This document shows positions 24,176 to 27,938 of a DNA stretch of 27,938 nucleotides, one piece after another. Each line of letters starts with the position of its first letter. Position 1 is the first letter of the stretch. The notes under the pieces are model-generated. The model saw only the letters and a program-made list of their open reading frames with translations. It had not been told where the DNA came from and searched no databases. The position numbers were made by a program, and so were the translations under genes. The stretch comes from a virus (Duplodnaviria; Caudoviricetes): IMG/VR virus record IMGVR_UViG_3300044297_000132, positions 1 through 27,938 of that record. One strand, 5' to 3'.

Positions 24176-25633
24176 ATGGTCGCACCGATCCCGTTCGAAC
24201 TCAGCCCCTCTGCCAACGTCAACCTCCTGATGCAGCCCTTGCAGCAGGGCTTGCAGTCCTACCGCCAGGGGATGGACAGGCAGTTCGAGGGGGAAAGGGC
24301 GCTTGAAAAGGAAAGGCTCGCACAGAGGGCCGACACCCGGCAACAGCAGGCCTTCGACCTCGAGCAGCAGAAAGCCAAGGTGCAGCAGATCGCTGGCCTT
24401 GCGCAGATGGCGGACAACGAGAAAGACCCAGGGCGCAGGCAACAGATTTGGGGCAAGGTGCTGGCCAGCCATCCGGAGATGGGCGCAGCGCTCGGCCGAG
24501 CAGGCGTCGATCCGAACGACCATGTGAACGGTCCTAAGTTCCTGATCGCCGAGGCCCGCGGCTACGTCGACCCGATGGCCGATAAGCTCAAACAGGCGCA
24601 GATCGACAATCTGAACCGCCGCGAGGAACCGGAGGTCGTGCGGCAGCTTCGCGCGGCAGGCGTCGATCCAAGGTCTGAACAGGGCCGCAGCCTGATTATG
24701 AACTCGATCAAGGGCGGCGATCCGATCAGCCAAGCCGTTAGTCAGGCGATCCAAGGACAATTCAGCCCGCAGGCCCCGGCCGCCCCGCAATCGCCGATCC
24801 GTCCGCAGTCCTACGCCCCAGAATCGGGCCAAGACCCGAACCTAATCCTTGCGCAGACCGGCGGACCAGCGCCGCAGCAGGCCGCACCAGAGCCGATGGT
24901 CGAGACACCGCTCGGGCCGATGCCATCCAGCAAGGCGCGACTGTTGGGTTTCGGCTTGGCGATGCAGGGCAAGGGTGAAGCCGGGAAGATGTTCAACGAC
25001 CCGGCTGTGGCCGGCGGGATGGGCAAGGAAGGCGTGAACCACATCGACAAGGCAATTGTCGATCGTGCCACGGACCTTGGCGAGCTGGATACGATCAAAA
25101 GCAACTTTAGGCCGGAATATCTGGGCCTCGAAGGTCAGGCCAAGGCGTTCGGCCTCGGCTGGCAGGACTGGCTGTCGTCGGGGAAGATGGCGCCGGAGAA
25201 CAAGCAATTCCTTGAGGGCTATTCACGGTTCGCCACCACGACGACGGAACGCCTCAACAACCGTATCAAAGCTCTGTCTGGATCGGCAGTTTCCGGCGCC
25301 GAGGAAAAGCGCATGTATGCGGCTAACCCGTCTGTCAGCGACGGCCCGACGGTGTACCAGAGCAAGCTCAACCAGCAGATCGAGTTGCAGAAGATGGCCA
25401 TTGCCCGCCTGAACTGGATCAAGCGGGAGTTCAAGGGGACAGATCAGCAGATTGCCGAACTTGCTAAGACGGGGCGCATTGAAGGCGTTTCGTCGCTCGA
25501 CGGGATGAAGGACATCGTTCGGCAGCGCGGCATGCAGATTGAGCAACAGCTTCGGCAAGCCAATCCCGGCGCCGACAAGACCCTGCTCGAGCGAGAGACC
25601 ACCAAGCGGGTCAAACAGGAGTTCGGCATCTAA
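24176..25633 (+). CDS. DNA ejection protein (gp20 position)
   Basis: 485-aa helical Gln/Ala-rich ORF between the gp7-like and gp16-like genes; SGSAVSGAE motif. Confidence 0.65.
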   Translation: MVAPIPFELSPSANVNLLMQPLQQGLQSYRQGMDRQFEGERALEKERLAQRADTRQQQAFDLEQQKAKVQQIAGLAQMADNEKDPGRRQQIWGKVLASHPEMGAALGRAGVDPNDHVNGPKFLIAEARGYVDPMADKLKQAQIDNLNRREEPEVVRQLRAAGVDPRSEQGRSLIMNSIKGGDPISQAVSQAIQGQFSPQAPAAPQSPIRPQSYAPESGQDPNLILAQTGGPAPQQAAPEPMVETPLGPMPSSKARLLGFGLAMQGKGEAGKMFNDPAVAGGMGKEGVNHIDKAIVDRATDLGELDTIKSNFRPEYLGLEGQAKAFGLGWQDWLSSGKMAPENKQFLEGYSRFATTTTERLNNRIKALSGSAVSGAEEKRMYAANPSVSDGPTVYQSKLNQQIELQKMAIARLNWIKREFKGTDQQIAELAKTGRIEGVSSLDGMKDIVRQRGMQIEQQLRQANPGADKTLLERETTKRVKQEFGI

Positions 25634-27938
25634 TGGCCGACTATTGGAGTATGGCCCTCGACGGAGGGACGCTCGAGCAGGTGCAATCGCCTGCCCCTGT
25701 CCCGCGTCCCGCGCCAATTCCGCGCCCAGGCTTTGAAATGGGCGGCACACAGCAGCGTCGGCAGCCAGCCTCGCCAGACGCAAAACCGCAGCCATCGACG
25801 GATTATTGGGGCAAGGCAACAGAGACGCAACAAACGCCCGTCCAGCCCCCTTCCCAGCCCCAGCAATCGGGTGTTGATGCGGAACCCGACGCCAAGAGCT
25901 GGACCGGCCGCGTTGTCCAGACTATCCGCGGCAAGCAAGACCCGCGATACACCGATATCCCGACAATTGCCGAGGTCACGATCAACGAGGGAATCAACAA
26001 GCCGATGAGTGAGTCCGCGGCTTGGCTCGCCGGTACGTCCGACAAAGGCATGGTCGGCACCTACAAGGATATGCTGGGCGACCGATTCCTCGGCACCGAG
26101 CAGGACGCGAACGGGTATCCGCTGATCGTCTATCGCGGGCAAGACGGGCAACCGCAACGTGCCTACGTCAACAAGCCCGGACTCGATATGCAGGACGTGG
26201 TTCGCGGCGTCGAAGGCGTTGCGCCTTACGTCGGCGCTGGACGGTTGGTCGGCAAAGGACTGAAAGGCATAGAAGCCGGGCTTGGCTTCCGCACGTTAGC
26301 GCAAAGTATCACTCAGGCTGGAACGTCGGTTGCCCAGGACGTCGGCAATATGCTGTTGGGCGGCGACAATCCAGACATGCGCGACGTTGGCAAGAAGGCC
26401 ACGGCGGCTGGTTTGTTCGGCGCTGGCGGCGAGATTGCCGGCGCTGCCGTTCCCGCACTCTGGCGGCGCTTCGTCACCGAGCCAAGCCTATTCGACCGCT
26501 CGACGGGTCAACTGACGCAGAAGGGCGCGTTGGCGGCTTCCGAGGCTGGCCTCGATGCGTCCGCACTGACGGCAGAGCTTCGGCAGCAGTTCGCCAAGGA
26601 ACTGGCTCGTACCGGCAGCGCCGATACTGCCGCCCGCGGCGTCACGAACTCAGAGTTCGGTATCGCCAAGACCCGCGGCGAACTTTCCGGCGACATGCCG
26701 ACGTTGCTCCGCGAGCAACACATCCGCGGCGGCAACTACGGCGAGCAGGCCGCCGGCATGATGCAGAATTTTGACCGCAACCAGCAGAAGCAGGTGAGCG
26801 ACGCCATTCTTGGCGAGATTGCCACCTCAAGCGGCACGACGCGTCCAGGCATTGCGCAGCGCCTCGCACCCGGCCGCACGTCGGCGGACTATTCAAAGGC
26901 CGAGATGGGATCAGCGATCCGGCAGAACACGGAAAACGCTTTCGAAACAGCCAAGGCCGCGGAGCGCCAAGCCTGGGAAGGCGTCAAGGACCTGCGCCCG
27001 ACCGACGAAGCGATGCCGTTGCTCAAGCAGCGGCTCAACGAAGCGATTGGCGAGTTCCCGATCCCGCAGGGCCTCAAGGCCGAGATGATGGAAAAGGAGC
27101 TTGACGCCTTCCTCAAGGGGCAGGCGCCGGCCAAGGTGTCCGAGTGGCGTGACGCGAACCCAATCGGCAGCATCGACCAGATGCGCAAGCGGCTGTCGAA
27201 GATTCAGCGCGGCGCAACCGATCCGACCGACCGTGAGGCCGCCGGCGCGCTCATGGAAGGTTTCAACAACTGGGTGCGCGATGCCGCCGAGCAGGCGTTG
27301 CTGAAAGGCGACCCGCAGTCGGCCGCCAACATGGTTGTCGCCCGCGGACTGACGCGCGAATTGCATCAAGTCTTTGACGGCCCGCAAGGATCGCCTGCCG
27401 CTCGCATTTTGTCCGACGTGCTGAAAAAAGCCGACAGCGCCGAGGGCGTGGTCAACGCGCTGTTCACGGGCCCGACCGCACAAACGAAGGGCGGCACCGT
27501 CGCGGCGCTGAAGAACCTCAAGACCGCATACGACAAATATCTTGAGCCCGAAGCCGCCAAGGCCGCGTGGGATGACATTCGCCTCGCCTACTTTCTGCGC
27601 ATGGTGCAGTCAAAGGGCGGCGAGGCCGTCGGCGTGCAGCAGTTGCAAAGCAACATCAAGCAGGCGCTGGCGACACAGCAGAGCGTTTCGCAGTTGCTCT
27701 ACGCGCCGGAAGAAATCGCCATGTTGCAGCGGTTCTTGCGCGCCACGGCCGGGATCGAGCGCAAGAACCCGAACAAGCCATGGTCCGGCGTTGCCGCGGG
27801 CGGCATCATCAAGGACATGGTCGGCAGCCTGATCTCGGCCTTCGGCTTCAAGTCCGTGGTGGCCAAAGCCGGATTCAACATGGCCGGCGGTCAGATTATG
27901 AAGAGGGCTTACGGCCCGGCGGCTGCGGCCAACGCGAC
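25633..27938 (+). CDS. Large DNA ejection protein (gp16 position), runs off the window end
   Basis: Manual reading: ATG at a TAATG overlap, MADYWSMALDGGTLEQVQSPAPVPRP... The frame appears open to the window end (over 760 codons), which would explain its absence from the ORF track. Ala/Gly-rich. Confidence 0.75.
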   Translation, partial: MADYWSMALDGGTLEQVQSPAPVPRPAPIPRPGFEMGGTQQRRQPASPDAKPQPSTDYWGKATETQQTPVQPPSQPQQSGVDAEPDAKSWTGRVVQTIRGKQDPRYTDIPTIAEVTINEGINKPMSESAAWLAGTSDKGMVGTYKDMLGDRFLGTEQDANGYPLIVYRGQDGQPQRAYVNKPGLDMQDVVRGVEGVAPYVGAGRLVGKGLKGIEAGLGFRTLAQSITQAGTSVAQDVGNMLLGGDNPDMRDVGKKATAAGLFGAGGEIAGAAVPALWRRFVTEPSLFDRSTGQLTQKGALAASEAGLDASALTAELRQQFAKELARTGSADTAARGVTNSEFGIAKTRGELSGDMPTLLREQHIRGGNYGEQAAGMMQNFDRNQQKQVSDAILGEIATSSGTTRPGIAQRLAPGRTSADYSKAEMGSAIRQNTENAFETAKAAERQAWEGVKDLRPTDEAMPLLKQRLNEAIGEFPIPQGLKAEMMEKELDAFLKGQAPAKVSEWRDANPIGSIDQMRKRLSKIQRGATDPTDREAAGALMEGFNNWVRDAAEQALLKGDPQSAANMVVARGLTRELHQVFDGPQGSPAARILSDVLKKADSAEGVVNALFTGPTAQTKGGTVAALKNLKTAYDKYLEPEAAKAAWDDIRLAYFLRMVQSKGGEAVGVQQLQSNIKQALATQQSVSQLLYAPEEIAMLQRFLRATAGIERKNPNKPWSGVAAGGIIKDMVGSLISAFGFKSVVAKAGFNMAGGQIMKRAYGPAAAANA

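Larger units (their letters stand above)
1..27938. mobile_element. Temperate P22-like podophage/prophage of an alphaproteobacterium (both ends outside the window)
   Basis: Lambdoid gene order: leftward recombination operon, cI/cro switch, replication, antiterminator, then terS-terL-portal-scaffold-coat-gp4-gp10-ejection proteins. No host housekeeping genes seen. Confidence 0.95.

Noticed and set aside
1-27938. CtrA boxes (TTAA-N7-TTAA), canonical DnaA boxes, tRNA genes, DGR or reverse transcriptase
   Set aside because: None found by eye; TTAA occurs only as isolated single sites. A motif scan or tRNAscan would be needed to exclude degenerate copies.

Overview
The whole window is part of a temperate, lambdoid-organised, P22-like (short-tailed) phage or prophage of an alphaproteobacterium, probably Hyphomicrobiales or Caulobacterales (high GC; GcrA and GapR homologues). 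From left to right it holds: (i) a leftward early operon with an Xis-like HTH/GIY-YIG fusion, ASCH, HNH, DUF1367-like, DnaA domain-IV and RecT-like genes plus small ORFs; (ii) an immunity switch with a short XRE repressor, a divergent Cro, PL, and five ATAACA-N3-TGTGAT-type operators; (iii) a rightward early operon with gcrA, a replication initiator containing iterons, a loader-like gene, a GapR-like gene, an RMF-like gene, a DNA methyltransferase interrupted at its 3' end by an HNH gene, DUF3307 and a NusG-type antiterminator; (iv) a late region with membrane proteins, terS, terL, P22-type portal, scaffold, coat, gp4-like, gp10-like, an LPD23/zincin protein and three ejection proteins. The most notable observations are a set of host cell-cycle and chromosome mimics (GcrA, GapR, DnaA-IV, a perfect chromosomal-type parS core just upstream of terS, GANTC sites in promoters), a predicted ~70-nt antisense RNA over the rep start, a shared 12-mer and structured leaders in both early transcripts, repeat-bounded mini-gene cassettes, and a carbohydrate-binding-like insert in the head-tail adaptor. 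All family calls come from motif recognition by eye, not database searches.
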